Shown one piece after another: positions 11,501 through 21,033 of a DNA stretch of 64,000 nucleotides (within the stretch, counting starts at the first letter, position 1; the number at the start of each line of letters is the position of its first letter). The translations under genes were made by a program, and so were the position numbers. The DNA comes from Candidatus Dojkabacteria bacterium (lineage in GTDB: Bacteria; Patescibacteriota; Dojkabacteria; J137). Where the stretch lies: assembly GCA_040006935.1 (NCBI GenBank), contig JBDTVZ010000002.1, positions 208,174 to 272,173 on the forward strand. The letters are read 5' to 3'. The notes beneath the pieces were generated by a model. It was not told where the DNA came from. It was given only the letters and a program-made list of their open reading frames with translations, and made no database searches.

Positions 11501-11725
11501 TAAATTGGGAATCGTGGTGAAATCTAGGAAGGAAACTAATGCATCTTTTGGGAATGAATTTAGTTTAATTAAATTCTCTTGAGTGTAACTATCTACGATA
11601 ATTACATATCCTCCCTGTTCTATTAATGAATCTGCAATTTCAAGACCAAGTTTAGATAATCCACCAATGATTAGAGATGTTGGATATTTTATTGTATTTT
11701 TTAGTCGGTATTGTTCTGGAATCAT
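8579..11725 (-). CDS. Fusion protein: degenerate NAD-dependent epimerase (extended SDR) domain, TM helix, DUF4012-like extracellular region
   Basis: N-term LIIGGLSKLG...IDVRIVRL-type SDR layout; TM near aa 435-465; YLFVLLDNTRLKPIGGDIAAF matches DUF4012 core. Confidence 0.72.
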   Translation of the reverse strand: MIPEQYRLKNTIKYPTSLIIGGLSKLGLEIADSLIEQGGYVIIVDSYTQENLIKLNSFPKDALVSFLDFTTIPNLDEEIRRLDYVFYFAHDTGDTVAQISTQDFLNFSNYYDSTLKLATKFDAKVLLTTSIKAHQRVLANDELGSSYTPDAAAKHKVYTNLELQRYAESLSMEYFERVNLDVRIVRLAEIIGDGIDFNKNTPFVDLILSAAKEENLKLKKDGLDTEFLVHVLDAAYGIIKAQFSPNTKGNIYSLSYDNQFSHLSIAYKIQEVEENAQNIEFIDEKDNLPTIKFYKPAPNLSQIGWTTRVPFEKAIKQSIAAGKIYLLEMSTSTKVSGSKNFVDKLKSFVDLADKNQSQTSEMDDTTGPVSRLIAERKRQEDDRKRQIEYAANTIRDKRKRKPRTFTERFTNWSWEKVRLVGQTFSIFKNKTPLEAGLILLSFGILISFYLYIFSPVIVIAKEFLLILPEYQSLEINIQNSRMDLVAGDADRIKNSLSNIDTVVTRFELPARIIALGKNYNEVKKGISAFKLYAEGVSNMAYATAPFYDYLANFKNNTQLRAGSDSYLAVSNNGADYSSYLKILEDRSPFLALGKDKVDKSIELIDNVDSSLYPSFIQNKFVNLRKNVENSNHWSESTVSAENISDLLGYKSAKVYLFVLLDNTRLKPIGGDIAAFALVTVNKGSVTDVVVNSASDFTPDLSAVSEADLKQINNRKYTYKTLQNLTLTDIGDVSDFNEYQSIMKKVFASSFKKEVDGVVAINYSALDNIDKQVFTGKKLEVNNVNFADGNFLTNLESVQDANPSLASKYRISAQLLAYTFNSILSDTQANLPVLFNVLNNEFNNKNIYVQTESLDYSGFIAESDLDGNKINSTDMYFKPAVNVEDTKVVNPNKYPSISVDSQILITNSSDLTYKVSMTFPNIGNSQEVSLCLPLSVPNTNISFEDFPAERVVINSTDSEKCAAFRVVSESKVTVKWNIPNQGRVIDDKILLSLGQAKPKGSFATSYLTFQTDISNKILSSSPSLDLSSNPVTFTQSLFDDQLIDLTIKR

Positions 11726-11726
11726 A

Positions 11727-12410
11727 TTATTCTACTGTGACTGGCAATATCATTAACTGCGCTTCTAAATTTAAATCGTAATTTTTTAATCTATCTCTCT
11801 CTTCTTGTTTATCGGGAAGAATAGTGAATTCTAATGGCTCATATCCGGATTTAAATATGCTAATTTTCCTTTGTGCACTTAAATCAATTTTTGTTGAAAA
11901 TTTATTCTTTACACTTGTATTAACTGCAATTGAATCTACTTGAATTTGAGCATCTTCGACATTTAAAGATATATTTAATTGGCTTGCTGCGTTCAAATCA
12001 GTCTTCTTTGTAGCAAAAATAAAGTGTCCTTCTGAGAATTCTTGCGATGGGCCAAGGAAGTATGATGTTACAACAGTATTCCCCTCTTCAAATGTTATTA
12101 ATTTACTAAATGTCCAAAATTGATTTGGTGTATCAGATTTTCTTAAGATGGAAATCATTCTTTCTCCTGGATTCACAGTATCGTAGAAAAATGGCGATTT
12201 TTCTGGAGTTACAGTTCCTACACTTACTCCATCAATTTGAATTTCTAATTCACCCGCTAAGGAGAAAACTTGAAGTCCTGATATGGAATCAGGTTTTCTT
12301 ATCCCAAAAAGATTTCTAGGATCAAAGTTGAAGTAAAGCCATGGGGACCAGAGTGCGACTAAAGTGCACAAAAGTGAAATCACAACAAGTAATGTGACTT
12401 TTTTCAACAT
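11727..12410 (-). CDS. Membrane-anchored PEGA-domain-like protein
   Basis: N-terminal TM; EIQIDGVSVGTVTP and ISIFKSGYEP beta repeats. Confidence 0.6.
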   Translation of the reverse strand: MLKKVTLLVVISLLCTLVALWSPWLYFNFDPRNLFGIRKPDSISGLQVFSLAGELEIQIDGVSVGTVTPEKSPFFYDTVNPGERMISILRKSDTPNQFWTFSKLITFEEGNTVVTSYFLGPSQEFSEGHFIFATKKTDLNAASQLNISLNVEDAQIQVDSIAVNTSVKNKFSTKIDLSAQRKISIFKSGYEPLEFTILPDKQEERDRLKNYDLNLEAQLMILPVTVE

Positions 12411-12502
12411 GACTACAATATAACTTATACAAGATAACTCATTCTACATTATTATAGGGAGAATTCGTAGTAATTTGAAGTGGAATTTCTAAGCGAAACA
12501 TC

Positions 12503-12560
12503 TCCCTCTCCTTTTAACCTGCCTGCTGTCAGGCAAGGGAGAGGGTTGGGGGGGGTGAGG
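12503..12560. repeat. CCCTCTCC/GGAGAGGG REP-like hairpin containing the 21-bp element (12518-12538)
   Basis: ccctctccttttaa[cctgcctgctgtcaggcaagg]gagagggttggggggggtgagg. Confidence 0.7.
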
Positions 12561-12610
12561 TCATAGCGCCCCGGAACCAATCTACAGACTTTGGGCGCTT
12601 CTAATTATTA

Positions 12611-14005
12611 TCAATACCTATAGTGATCTGCTTTATAAGGTCCATTCGGTGGAACATCTAAGTAATCTGCCTGTTTTTTTGAAAGTGTTTCTAATTTCAC
12701 TCCAATCTTTTCTAAATGTAATCTAGCAACTTCTTCATCGAGATGTTTTGGAAGTCTGTAAACTCCTACTTCGTATTCTGAAGTTTTTGTGAATAATTCA
12801 ATTTGAGCTAAAACCTGGTTTGTAAAACTATTAGACATTACAAAACTTGGATGTCCTGTTGCATTACCTAGATTAAATAATCTTCCTTCTGAAAGTAGAA
12901 TTATTCTGTTCTTATTTGGTAAGTGAATTAAATCTACTTGTGGTTTTACATTTTCCCATTTATATTTTTTCATTGCTGCAACTTCAATTTCTGAATCAAA
13001 GTGACCAATATTTCCAACTATTGCGCAGTCTTTCATTTGAAGCATGTGCTTTTCTGTAATAATGTCTACACAACCAGTACATGTTACAAAGATATCTCCT
13101 ATTTTACAGGCTTCATCCATAGTCATAACTTGAAATCCTTCCATTGCTGCTTGTAGAGCACAAATTGGATCTACCTCAGTTACTACAATTCTTCCTCCCT
13201 GTCCTTTGAAAGATTGAGCAGTTCCTTTTCCTACATCTCCATAACCTGCAACAACGACAATTTTTCCAGCTATCATTACATCTGTTGCTCTCATCACTCC
13301 ATCAACCGCCGAATGCCTGCAACCATAGAGGTTATCGAATTTAGATTTAGTTACGGAATCGTTTACATTTATTGCTGGGAATTGTAATTCTCCTTTTTTA
13401 AACATATTGTAAAGTCTATGTACTCCTGTTGTAGTCTCTTCACTTACTCCTTTAATATCTTTAACTCTGTCTGAGAAAAATGTTGGATTCTTTTTTAGTG
13501 TTTTATTTAATTGAGCGAATAATACTTCTTCTTCCTCACTTTCGAAATCTTTCTTCAGTAAAATAGACTTATCTTTTTCTGCACGTAAACCTAGATGTAA
13601 GAATAATGTTGGATCTCCCCCATCATCCAAGATTAAGTTTGGACCGACATCTTTTCCCCAATCTAAAATTTGTTCTACATACTCCCAATATTCTGTTAAG
13701 TTTTCGCCTTTGTATGCAAAAACAGGAATTCCAGCCTGTGCAATTGCTGCTGCAGCATGGTCTTGTGTCGAGTAAATGTTGCAAGTTGCCCATCTGATTT
13801 TTGCGCCTAATTCTACTAAAGTCTCGATTAAAACTGCAGTTTGAATAGTCATGTGAAGAGAACCTGTGATTCGAGCTCCTTTTAAAGGCTTTGTTTTGCC
13901 ATATTTTTTTCTTAATGCCATTAACCCTGGCATTTCGACTTCTGCTAAATTCATTTCTTTTCTACCGAAATCGGCTAGTTTGATGTCCTTTACTTTGTAT
14001 TCCAT
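12611..14005 (-). CDS. ahcY: Adenosylhomocysteinase (SAH hydrolase)
   Basis: [58 protein letters not shown] end. Confidence 0.98.
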   Translation of the reverse strand: MEYKVKDIKLADFGRKEMNLAEVEMPGLMALRKKYGKTKPLKGARITGSLHMTIQTAVLIETLVELGAKIRWATCNIYSTQDHAAAAIAQAGIPVFAYKGENLTEYWEYVEQILDWGKDVGPNLILDDGGDPTLFLHLGLRAEKDKSILLKKDFESEEEEVLFAQLNKTLKKNPTFFSDRVKDIKGVSEETTTGVHRLYNMFKKGELQFPAINVNDSVTKSKFDNLYGCRHSAVDGVMRATDVMIAGKIVVVAGYGDVGKGTAQSFKGQGGRIVVTEVDPICALQAAMEGFQVMTMDEACKIGDIFVTCTGCVDIITEKHMLQMKDCAIVGNIGHFDSEIEVAAMKKYKWENVKPQVDLIHLPNKNRIILLSEGRLFNLGNATGHPSFVMSNSFTNQVLAQIELFTKTSEYEVGVYRLPKHLDEEVARLHLEKIGVKLETLSKKQADYLDVPPNGPYKADHYRY

Positions 14006-14021
14006 AAAAAATTATTTACAA

Positions 14022-14972
14022 TTAAAATTTTAAATCTTTTTTATTTATTTTATATAACTGACCACCGTATTCTTCCACATTTCTTGCTCCCATATATGCT
14101 CCAATTTTACAGGATTCTTCTACGGTTTTATTATTTAATAATCCATATAATAACCCAGATCTAAAAGCATCTCCAGCTCCTGTTGTTTCGACAACTTTAG
14201 TAGGTTTAACGGCGTCTACGTTTATTTCTCCATCTTTTGAAAATACAACAGATCCATCTGCTCCTCTAGTTTCAATAATATAACTCAACCCAAGATCAAG
14301 CAGATCCTTGATGCTATATCCGAATAGGGTTTTTAATTGATTTACTTCTGTATCATTACCAATGAAAATATCTGAGTGACTTAAGCATTCTTTTAGAATA
14401 TCTGGCTTATATAGAATTGAAAGTACTTGAGAAGGATCAAATATAATTGAGACATCTTTACCTAACTTATTTCTTAATTCAACCATATGATTTCTTGTGC
14501 TCTCTCCATTTCCTGGTGAGAATATTGCATATTTTATAGAGTTGAAATCATTTTCTTTTAAAGTATCTTCCAATTTTAAGTTTTCAATAAAATCATAATA
14601 AACATTAGGTTGAAAAATTCCAATTTGTTGATATTCTTCATCTGAAATTCCATAAAAAGTTGAAGTATATGCTCCTTTTTGAACTTTTAATCTAAGTTCA
14701 ACATTATGTTTTTCTAAATGGTCCTTATAGTCATGAAGGAAATCATCGCCAACTACTCCATGTAATATTGGATTTCCACCTAGCAAGCCTAAACCATATG
14801 CAATATTTCCTGCAGTTCCACCAAAATACCTTTCTTTATTCTTGGCAGTAAACATCATTGAAATTTTCTGAATTTCTCCTTCCTTTATATGAAGTTCATT
14901 TTTTATATTCCCATGGATAGCAAATATCACATCGTATACAACTGAACCTACTATTAACGCTTTGTTGGACAT
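14022..14972 (-). CDS. PfkB-family kinase, probable adenosine/nucleoside kinase
   Basis: FGGTAGNIAYGL, FDPSQ, TRGADGS, TTGAGDAFRSG; directly upstream of ahcY. Confidence 0.85.
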   Translation of the reverse strand: MSNKALIVGSVVYDVIFAIHGNIKNELHIKEGEIQKISMMFTAKNKERYFGGTAGNIAYGLGLLGGNPILHGVVGDDFLHDYKDHLEKHNVELRLKVQKGAYTSTFYGISDEEYQQIGIFQPNVYYDFIENLKLEDTLKENDFNSIKYAIFSPGNGESTRNHMVELRNKLGKDVSIIFDPSQVLSILYKPDILKECLSHSDIFIGNDTEVNQLKTLFGYSIKDLLDLGLSYIIETRGADGSVVFSKDGEINVDAVKPTKVVETTGAGDAFRSGLLYGLLNNKTVEESCKIGAYMGARNVEEYGGQLYKINKKDLKF

Positions 14973-15036
14973 TTAAAGAATTTAACAAATTAGTGTGATT
15001 ATATTATAAATATGCTTTGATTTCTGAAATTTCTAT

Positions 15037-15067
15037 AAAAAAGAGCTCAGTTTTTCTGAGCTCTTTT
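15037..15067 (-). terminator. Intrinsic terminator after trxB
   Basis: aaaaaagagctcag-ttttt-ctgagctctttt perfect stem with A/T runs on both sides. Confidence 0.8.
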
Positions 15068-15079
15068 AAATGGTTCCAA

Positions 15080-16009
15080 TTACATCAATCCGCTTAGCCA
15101 TCTTTCTGTAACTATCGCAGCTTTACATCCTGCACCAGCCGCTGTGATTGCTTGTCGGTAGAAGTGATCTTCTACATCTCCAGCTACAAACACTCCCTCG
15201 ATATTCGTATAAACTCCATTTTTTGCAATTATATATTGCTCTTCATTTACTGTTATTTGATCTTTTAAATATGCAGTCAATGGAACATGTCCGATTGCTA
15301 AAAATAAACCATCTGCTTTTAAACTTGATTCTTTATTTTCTTTATTATTAAATAAATTTAAGCCAGTCATTACATCAGTTCCTGTGACTTCCCTTATTTC
15401 TGTATTATAAAGTACTTCAATTTTTGGATTTGCTAAGACATGTTCTTGCATTATTTTACTTGCTCTAAATTGATCTCTTCTGTGGATTAAGTAAACTTTA
15501 GATGCAAACCTAGTTAAAAAGCTTGCTTCCTCCATTGCAGTATCTCCACCGCCAACTACTGCCACATCTTTATTTCGAAAGAATGCCCCATCACAAGTTG
15601 CACACGCAGAAACTCCTTTAGTCCAGTAAGTATCTTCTCCTTTCACTTTTAACATTTTAGGTGTAGCTCCACTGGAAATTATCACTGCTTTTGACTGATA
15701 AACTTTATCTGCAACGTAGACTTTTTTAATTTCTCCTGTGAGTTCCACTTTTGTAACATCTTCAAATTTTACTTCGGATACAAATCTCTGAGCTTGCTTT
15801 AGCATTTCATTCATCAAATCTGGTCCTTGTATTCCTTCTGGAAAGCCTGGATAGTTTTCTACTAAAGTTGTAGTCATTAATTGACCACCCCAAACCGTTC
15901 CAGCGAGAACTAAAGTATTAAGTCTCGCCCTTCCAGTATATAGAGCTGCAGTTAAACCAGCTGGCCCAGATCCTATTATTATTACATCGTAAATTTGATT
16001 ATTATCCAT
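15080..16009 (-). CDS. trxB: Thioredoxin-disulfide reductase
   Basis: IIGSGPAG, ENYPGF, CATCDG, GGGDTAMEEA, AGDV...RQAITAAG; start moved to ATG 16009. Confidence 0.97.
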   Translation of the reverse strand: MDNNQIYDVIIIGSGPAGLTAALYTGRARLNTLVLAGTVWGGQLMTTTLVENYPGFPEGIQGPDLMNEMLKQAQRFVSEVKFEDVTKVELTGEIKKVYVADKVYQSKAVIISSGATPKMLKVKGEDTYWTKGVSACATCDGAFFRNKDVAVVGGGDTAMEEASFLTRFASKVYLIHRRDQFRASKIMQEHVLANPKIEVLYNTEIREVTGTDVMTGLNLFNNKENKESSLKADGLFLAIGHVPLTAYLKDQITVNEEQYIIAKNGVYTNIEGVFVAGDVEDHFYRQAITAAGAGCKAAIVTERWLSGLM

Positions 16010-16020
16010 ACTATTGTATT

Positions 16021-16096
16021 GTTGAAATGTTTCAAAGTTGTAATGTTCAAAGGTTAACGTTACAACTTTACAACCTTTAAACTTTAAAACGCAATT
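16021..16096. repeat. Octamer-periodic inverted repeat tract
   Basis: gttgaaat/gtttcaaa/gttgtaat then mirrored aactttac/aacctt/aactttaa; related tracts at 16606-16685 and 21034-21100. Confidence 0.65.
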
Positions 16097-16487
16097 ATGC
16101 TGCCATTGGCATTGACTCAGAATCTGTAGTTCCTGCTCCACCAAATGCATATGTATTTATAAAATCTTTCATCATTGGCTCACTTAGTGCTCCTGCTTGT
16201 TGAACTTTAGACTCTCCATCTTTAAACACCATTAACGTTGGGATACTCGATATTTTATATTTTCCTGTAATTGCTTGGTTAACATCTGCATTTACGTTTA
16301 CAAATTTAACTTTGCCTTTGAAATCTTCAGCAGCAAATTTATCCAAAATCGGTTCTATTGCTCTACATGGAGGGCACCAATCTGCTCCTACCTCTACAAA
16401 CACTGGGATAGATTTAGATGCTTCTACAACTTCTGATTCAAAAGTTGCGTCTGTTACTGCCATTGGTTTTGATACTGTGTCTTCCAT
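16095..16487 (-). CDS. trxA: Thioredoxin
   Basis: WCPPC active site, ISSIPTL. Confidence 0.93.
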   Translation of the reverse strand: MEDTVSKPMAVTDATFESEVVEASKSIPVFVEVGADWCPPCRAIEPILDKFAAEDFKGKVKFVNVNADVNQAITGKYKISSIPTLMVFKDGESKVQQAGALSEPMMKDFINTYAFGGAGTTDSESMPMAA

Positions 16488-16605
16488 TTTTTTATTTTAA
16501 TAATTTAAGGTATTTAATCATATCAGTGTCGTCAAGAGTTAGTCAAACTGATACTCCAATTTATTAATGGGCTAAGGCTTTGTTGGGTCTAGAAAAATAA
16601 ATTGT

Positions 16606-16685
16606 GTTTAAAAGTTCTAAAGTTGAAATGTTTCAAAGTTATGATATTCAACATTTCAACCTTAAAACATTCAAACCTTCCAACC
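16606..16685. repeat. Octamer-periodic inverted repeat tract
   Basis: Shares gttgaaatgtttcaaagtt with 16021-16039. Confidence 0.6.
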
Positions 16686-16688
16686 AGT

Positions 16689-17486
16689 CTATTTATTCCC
16701 GAAGAAGCATCCTAAATCTAACACATCATTAATACCTGAAGTTGGACAAATTCCATCTCCTCGTCTAGCAAAAAAATCTTTCGCTGGAGTTTTTACTGCA
16801 GAATCCAGGAAATCTAAAGGCTTATTCTGCACCGAAGTTATATTCCAGATAGCTACTAATCCTAAGTATGAAATTCCTAAACTAAAGATCAATATTAGAG
16901 TTTGAACAATATAAGATTTGAGATTATTTCTTTTTTCAATTTTCTCTTTTCTCTGTTCTCTTTTCTCATATAGTTCCTCGCTCGCAAACTTAAGTTGTTG
17001 AGAAATCCACCAGCCAATTCCTATTCCAAAGATTGCCCCTGTGATAAATCTTGAGAAATTATTACTCACATACATTGGCATTCCTGTTAAATCTCCTAAA
17101 GGAGAAATATTTAAAAAGGTAAATATAGTTTGAAGACCACCATCCAGCGCTATAGGTACTACGAACGGGGCTACCCAATACCATTTTAATTTTGATAATT
17201 TATTATATTTAACTAAAAAAGCAGTTGTGAAAATTCCTAACCAGATTCCAGTATCTCTTGCACACCAAGCATATTGATAATCGAAAATATCGATAGATCT
17301 ACTTGCAAATTGATGACAGAAAAAACTATAAATAAAGTATATTGTTTTTGCTGGACCAGTTAAACCTATTTTTAAAAGTATAGGTGCAAGTACTGGTAAA
17401 GTTGCAAGAGTCCCTAAAACAGTTAGATAAATGTTATAGAAATCTTTAAAAAAGTTTTTAGTTTTTAAACTTAAATTTTTGAACAA
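16689..17486 (-). CDS. DUF2085-family membrane protein
   Basis: FCHQ...RS...WCARDTGI...PIALDG...NNFSRFITG. Confidence 0.85.
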   Translation of the reverse strand: MFKNLSLKTKNFFKDFYNIYLTVLGTLATLPVLAPILLKIGLTGPAKTIYFIYSFFCHQFASRSIDIFDYQYAWCARDTGIWLGIFTTAFLVKYNKLSKLKWYWVAPFVVPIALDGGLQTIFTFLNISPLGDLTGMPMYVSNNFSRFITGAIFGIGIGWWISQQLKFASEELYEKREQRKEKIEKRNNLKSYIVQTLILIFSLGISYLGLVAIWNITSVQNKPLDFLDSAVKTPAKDFFARRGDGICPTSGINDVLDLGCFFGNK

Positions 17487-17495
17487 TTTTGTAAT

Positions 17496-18200
17496 TTAAG
17501 AAATTATACTTCCATCAAATTCGTCACCATTTATAGCTTTTTCTAGATTAGTAAAATCTGACCCGCTTAAAATTCTGAAATTCAGATCATTCTCTTTCGC
17601 AAATTCTGCAGCCAATGGATCGACTGGAAAACTTCCACCCGGTTTATGATTTTCTGGATTACCGATGATATTTAAATATTCACTCCATGTCAATTTTGGT
17701 AATTTTTTGGCATCTGGATTTACATCTGGATCGGAAGTATATACAGCACCAATATCTTTTAAAGATATTACACTTGTAGCACTAGCATGTTTGCATAAAT
17801 AAGCTGCGTCCCAGTCACTACTTGGACCTGGATTTCCACCTCCTGCAATTAGGATAGACTTGCTAAAAACAATTGGTTGATTCTTATCAAAATCCTCAAG
17901 TGCAAATATTTTTTCTTCGGCTAAATCCCCAAATACTCCCCTTAATATTGTTGCATTTAAAACACAACTTGCTGTTCCTACATAATGCTGATCGTAAATG
18001 GAAAGATTTTGTTTTGCAAGCATTGCTTGGTATTTTCTAGACAGGTAACCACCGCCTGCGATTAAAATAAATTTAATTCCTTTTTCTATATGCTTTTGCA
18101 ATAAAGACTTAATTCTATTAGCCTCTTCGAAGTTAAAAATATTTTCTTCTGAAGTAGAAAAGGTGGAACCACCTACTTTTAATACAATAATATTCTCCAT
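17496..18200 (-). CDS. pyrH: UMP kinase, archaeal/CPR type
   Basis: VLKVGGS, GGG..SRKYQ, PGPSSD..AA, VYTSDP, PGGSFPVDPLAA. Confidence 0.85.
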   Translation of the reverse strand: MENIIVLKVGGSTFSTSEENIFNFEEANRIKSLLQKHIEKGIKFILIAGGGYLSRKYQAMLAKQNLSIYDQHYVGTASCVLNATILRGVFGDLAEEKIFALEDFDKNQPIVFSKSILIAGGGNPGPSSDWDAAYLCKHASATSVISLKDIGAVYTSDPDVNPDAKKLPKLTWSEYLNIIGNPENHKPGGSFPVDPLAAEFAKENDLNFRILSGSDFTNLEKAINGDEFDGSIIS

Positions 18201-18240
18201 GAAATTAGTTAAGATTTATAATTTATAGCACAAAATAATT

Positions 18241-18500
18241 AAATACTAAAATCTAATTTCTAAGTTCTAAACAATTTCCTAAATTCTAATTTTTAAACAT
18301 TTTGTCATTTGAATTTGTTTAGGATTTAGAGTTTAGTGCTTAGAGTTTGTAATTATGGAGACACCTCTCTACAATTCAACATATCTGCCAGGCTGCCCAA
18401 ATACACGACGAGCGTAACGAGGAGATGTAATTTTGCGCCTACTGGTGTTACAGCCTATTGCGGGATTGCCGCGCCTCGCTCCGCTCGGCTCGCAATGACA
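18241..18500. repeat. Mosaic of intergenic repeats (heptamer tract, gtgttacagcctatt, GATTGCC...TCGCAATGACA REP arm)
   Basis: Pieces match other copies in the window (4660, 22578, 29041, 37902). Confidence 0.6.
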
Positions 18501-18641
18501 TCTCAGATATTGTATAATCCCTCTATGAAATCAAGAAACTCACAAATAAATTCTCTTCAATGGCTTTAAGCCAAATTTTCTACGCCCACATTTCCCAACT
18601 GATCGATAATTTTGTAAAATACTTTAATTAATTAAATTAAT

Positions 18642-20210
18642 ATGAATAATTTTGAACTATTAAAAGAGAAATTAAACTCTTTAGGAATTTCCCATAAGTT
18701 AATTGAAATCCATAGTGATAAACTGGATGTTGACTCACACGTAGCTGAGTTAGGAATTAAGTATAGGGAAGGTATGTCAACTTTACTTTTTAAATTAAAA
18801 GGTGAATCGTACCTTGCTCTTTTAAGAAGAGACGATAGAAATATAAATTCGAAAGCTTTAAAAAAATACTTAGGTTCGGGCGACTTTACTTTCTGTTCTG
18901 AGGAGGATTTAAGAAAATTAAATATAGAGCCTGGGCTTGCTTCTCCTTTAATTCTGAATGACTCTCAGAAAGGTTACAAAGTAAGGGTTTTAGTAGATAG
19001 TGCTGTCTTAGAGATGTCAAAAGTAATCTGTGGAAGTGCATCCTCTAAACATGCTTTAGAAATTAATAAAGAAGATTTATTAAAAAACATTGGAGAATAC
19101 GAAATAGCAGAAGTAACTGAGCCTAATCCACGAAGACAAGATAATAACTTATTACTTACCGTGCCTGACGACAGACAGGAAACTCAGAACTTAGAACCCG
19201 CAACTCGCAACTCGCTAACTCGTAAACGAATTCTTACAGGTGATAGACCTACAGGACCTCTTCACCTTGGTCACTATTTAGGTTCTATAAAAAATCGAGC
19301 AGAACTGCAGGATGAATACGATCTATTCTATTTGATAGCAGACGTTCAAGCTCTTACAGACAATTACGATAATCCAGAGAAAGTTAGAGATAATATCTAT
19401 CAAGTAGCTCAGGATAATATTGCATGTGGAGTTGATCCAGAAAAAACTACGATCTTAATTCAATCAATGATTCCAGAAATTGCAGAACTGACTGTATATT
19501 TTATGAATTTAGTAACTCATAACGAAATTTTGAGAAATCCTACAGTAAAAACAGAAATTAAAGATAAATCTTTTGGAGATTCTGTTCCGTTTGGTTTTGT
19601 TGCGTATCCAATTAGTCAGGCTGCGGATATTTTATTCTGTAGATCAGATTTAGTTCCAGTCGGAATTGATCAAGCTCCGATGGTTGAATTAGCTAGAGAA
19701 ATTGGAAAAAGATTTAATCGAACTTATAAATCAGAAATTTTTCATAATGTTCAAGCAAAATTTGGAATTGAAAGAAATTTAGTTGGAACTGATGGAGATT
19801 CTAAAATGAGTAAGTCTAAAGGCAATACTATAAATTTAATAGACGACGAAGAAACTGTCAGACAAAAAGTTAAGAAAATGTATACCGATCCAAATAGAGT
19901 TCGACCAACCGATCCAGGAAAAGTTGAAGGTAATCCTGTATTTATTTACCATGATTACTTTAATCCAAACATTGAAGAGGTGAATGATTTAAAAGAAAGA
20001 TATTTAAAAGGACAAGTTGGAGATGTGGAAGTTAAAGAGAAGTTAGCAATTGCAATAAATAAATTTTTAGATCCAATTAGAGAAAGACGAAAGTTGTATC
20101 CAATGGATAAAGTTAAAGAAATTGTAATGGAAGGAACTGAAAAAGCTAGAAAAGAAGCTCAAGAAACTATGAAAATGGTAAAAGAAGCAATGAAAATTAA
20201 TTATTTTTAA
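18642..20210 (+). CDS. trpS: Tryptophanyl-tRNA synthetase with N-terminal YbaK/ProXp-like domain
   Basis: TGDRPTGPLHLGHY, YPISQAADI, VPVGIDQ, KMSKS; aa 1-160 has YbaK-like features (EPGLASP, VLVD, ICGS). Confidence 0.95.
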   Translation: MNNFELLKEKLNSLGISHKLIEIHSDKLDVDSHVAELGIKYREGMSTLLFKLKGESYLALLRRDDRNINSKALKKYLGSGDFTFCSEEDLRKLNIEPGLASPLILNDSQKGYKVRVLVDSAVLEMSKVICGSASSKHALEINKEDLLKNIGEYEIAEVTEPNPRRQDNNLLLTVPDDRQETQNLEPATRNSLTRKRILTGDRPTGPLHLGHYLGSIKNRAELQDEYDLFYLIADVQALTDNYDNPEKVRDNIYQVAQDNIACGVDPEKTTILIQSMIPEIAELTVYFMNLVTHNEILRNPTVKTEIKDKSFGDSVPFGFVAYPISQAADILFCRSDLVPVGIDQAPMVELAREIGKRFNRTYKSEIFHNVQAKFGIERNLVGTDGDSKMSKSKGNTINLIDDEETVRQKVKKMYTDPNRVRPTDPGKVEGNPVFIYHDYFNPNIEEVNDLKERYLKGQVGDVEVKEKLAIAINKFLDPIRERRKLYPMDKVKEIVMEGTEKARKEAQETMKMVKEAMKINYF

Positions 20211-20213
20211 AAT

Positions 20214-21011
20214 ATGCATGGACCTTTTGGACAATTTGATGAAGAACTCAACAAACCAATTGAGCAAAGACTTGATAGAATTGCACGAACTATAGTTACT
20301 CCCTCAGATTCTGCATATTTTTCCTGGGAAATGAATTTGAATCTTGCACAATTTAACGCAGCTCAGGTTGTCATATTTGCTTATATGATTTTAAAATCTC
20401 AATCAGTCAAAGCAATTTACGATTATTTATCTGGAGATGATTATACTTCAAGTGCCTTAAACGCATTAAAAGCTGGGCATGCGTCTGACGAAGCTATGAA
20501 ACGAGTTGCTTCCAACTTCGCTCAAACAAGAGATATATTAAAGAAAAATAATAACATTGTAACGGATGAACTAAAAAAGAAGTTTATAAGCCTAACTTCT
20601 CTCAACTTTCTATTTGAATCTATTAATTTAATATATCATTTAACAGGTCATGCAAAACTGGAACGAACTTATACTGTAATGAGAGTGGATGGAGATAATT
20701 TTTTTAATTTTAAGGAAGACAGGATTAATATTAATTCAATTGAAACAGAATTTGAAGATATTATATTTAATGAATTTGCTTTTGAAAATAATAATCAATT
20801 TAATGAAGTTATAGAAAGAATAAGAAAAGCTTCTCTTTATTGCATAAACTCAGGACCAGCATTTTATGATGCAATGGTAAAAAGTAGGAATGAGTTAAAA
20901 GGAGCTACCGGAATGTCTAGGTTATTACAAGATATATATGATCAAATTAACGAAGATTTAAGAGTTGAGTTAGATTACCCAGACTTTAACAAAAGAATGG
21001 ATGGTAAGTAA
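20214..21011 (+). CDS. Hypothetical helical protein
   Basis: 265-aa ORF 3 nt after trpS; no motif recognised. Confidence 0.7.
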   Translation: MHGPFGQFDEELNKPIEQRLDRIARTIVTPSDSAYFSWEMNLNLAQFNAAQVVIFAYMILKSQSVKAIYDYLSGDDYTSSALNALKAGHASDEAMKRVASNFAQTRDILKKNNNIVTDELKKKFISLTSLNFLFESINLIYHLTGHAKLERTYTVMRVDGDNFFNFKEDRININSIETEFEDIIFNEFAFENNNQFNEVIERIRKASLYCINSGPAFYDAMVKSRNELKGATGMSRLLQDIYDQINEDLRVELDYPDFNKRMDGK

Positions 21012-21033
21012 TTTTCTTAGTATACTCACGAGT

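Noticed and set aside
12611-12613. Possible TGA recoding (genetic code 25)
   Set aside because: TGA ends AhcY exactly at its conserved HYRY terminus, and long ORFs are intact under code 11.
14973-15079. SAH or SAM riboswitch upstream of the kinase-ahcY operon
   Set aside because: Region is short and AT-rich and holds only the trxB terminator; no riboswitch consensus visible.
18336-18641. T-box leader or 77-aa ORF upstream of trpS
   Set aside because: No GGTGGNACCGCG T-box sequence; the GC-rich part is explained by REP-like fragments found elsewhere in the window.
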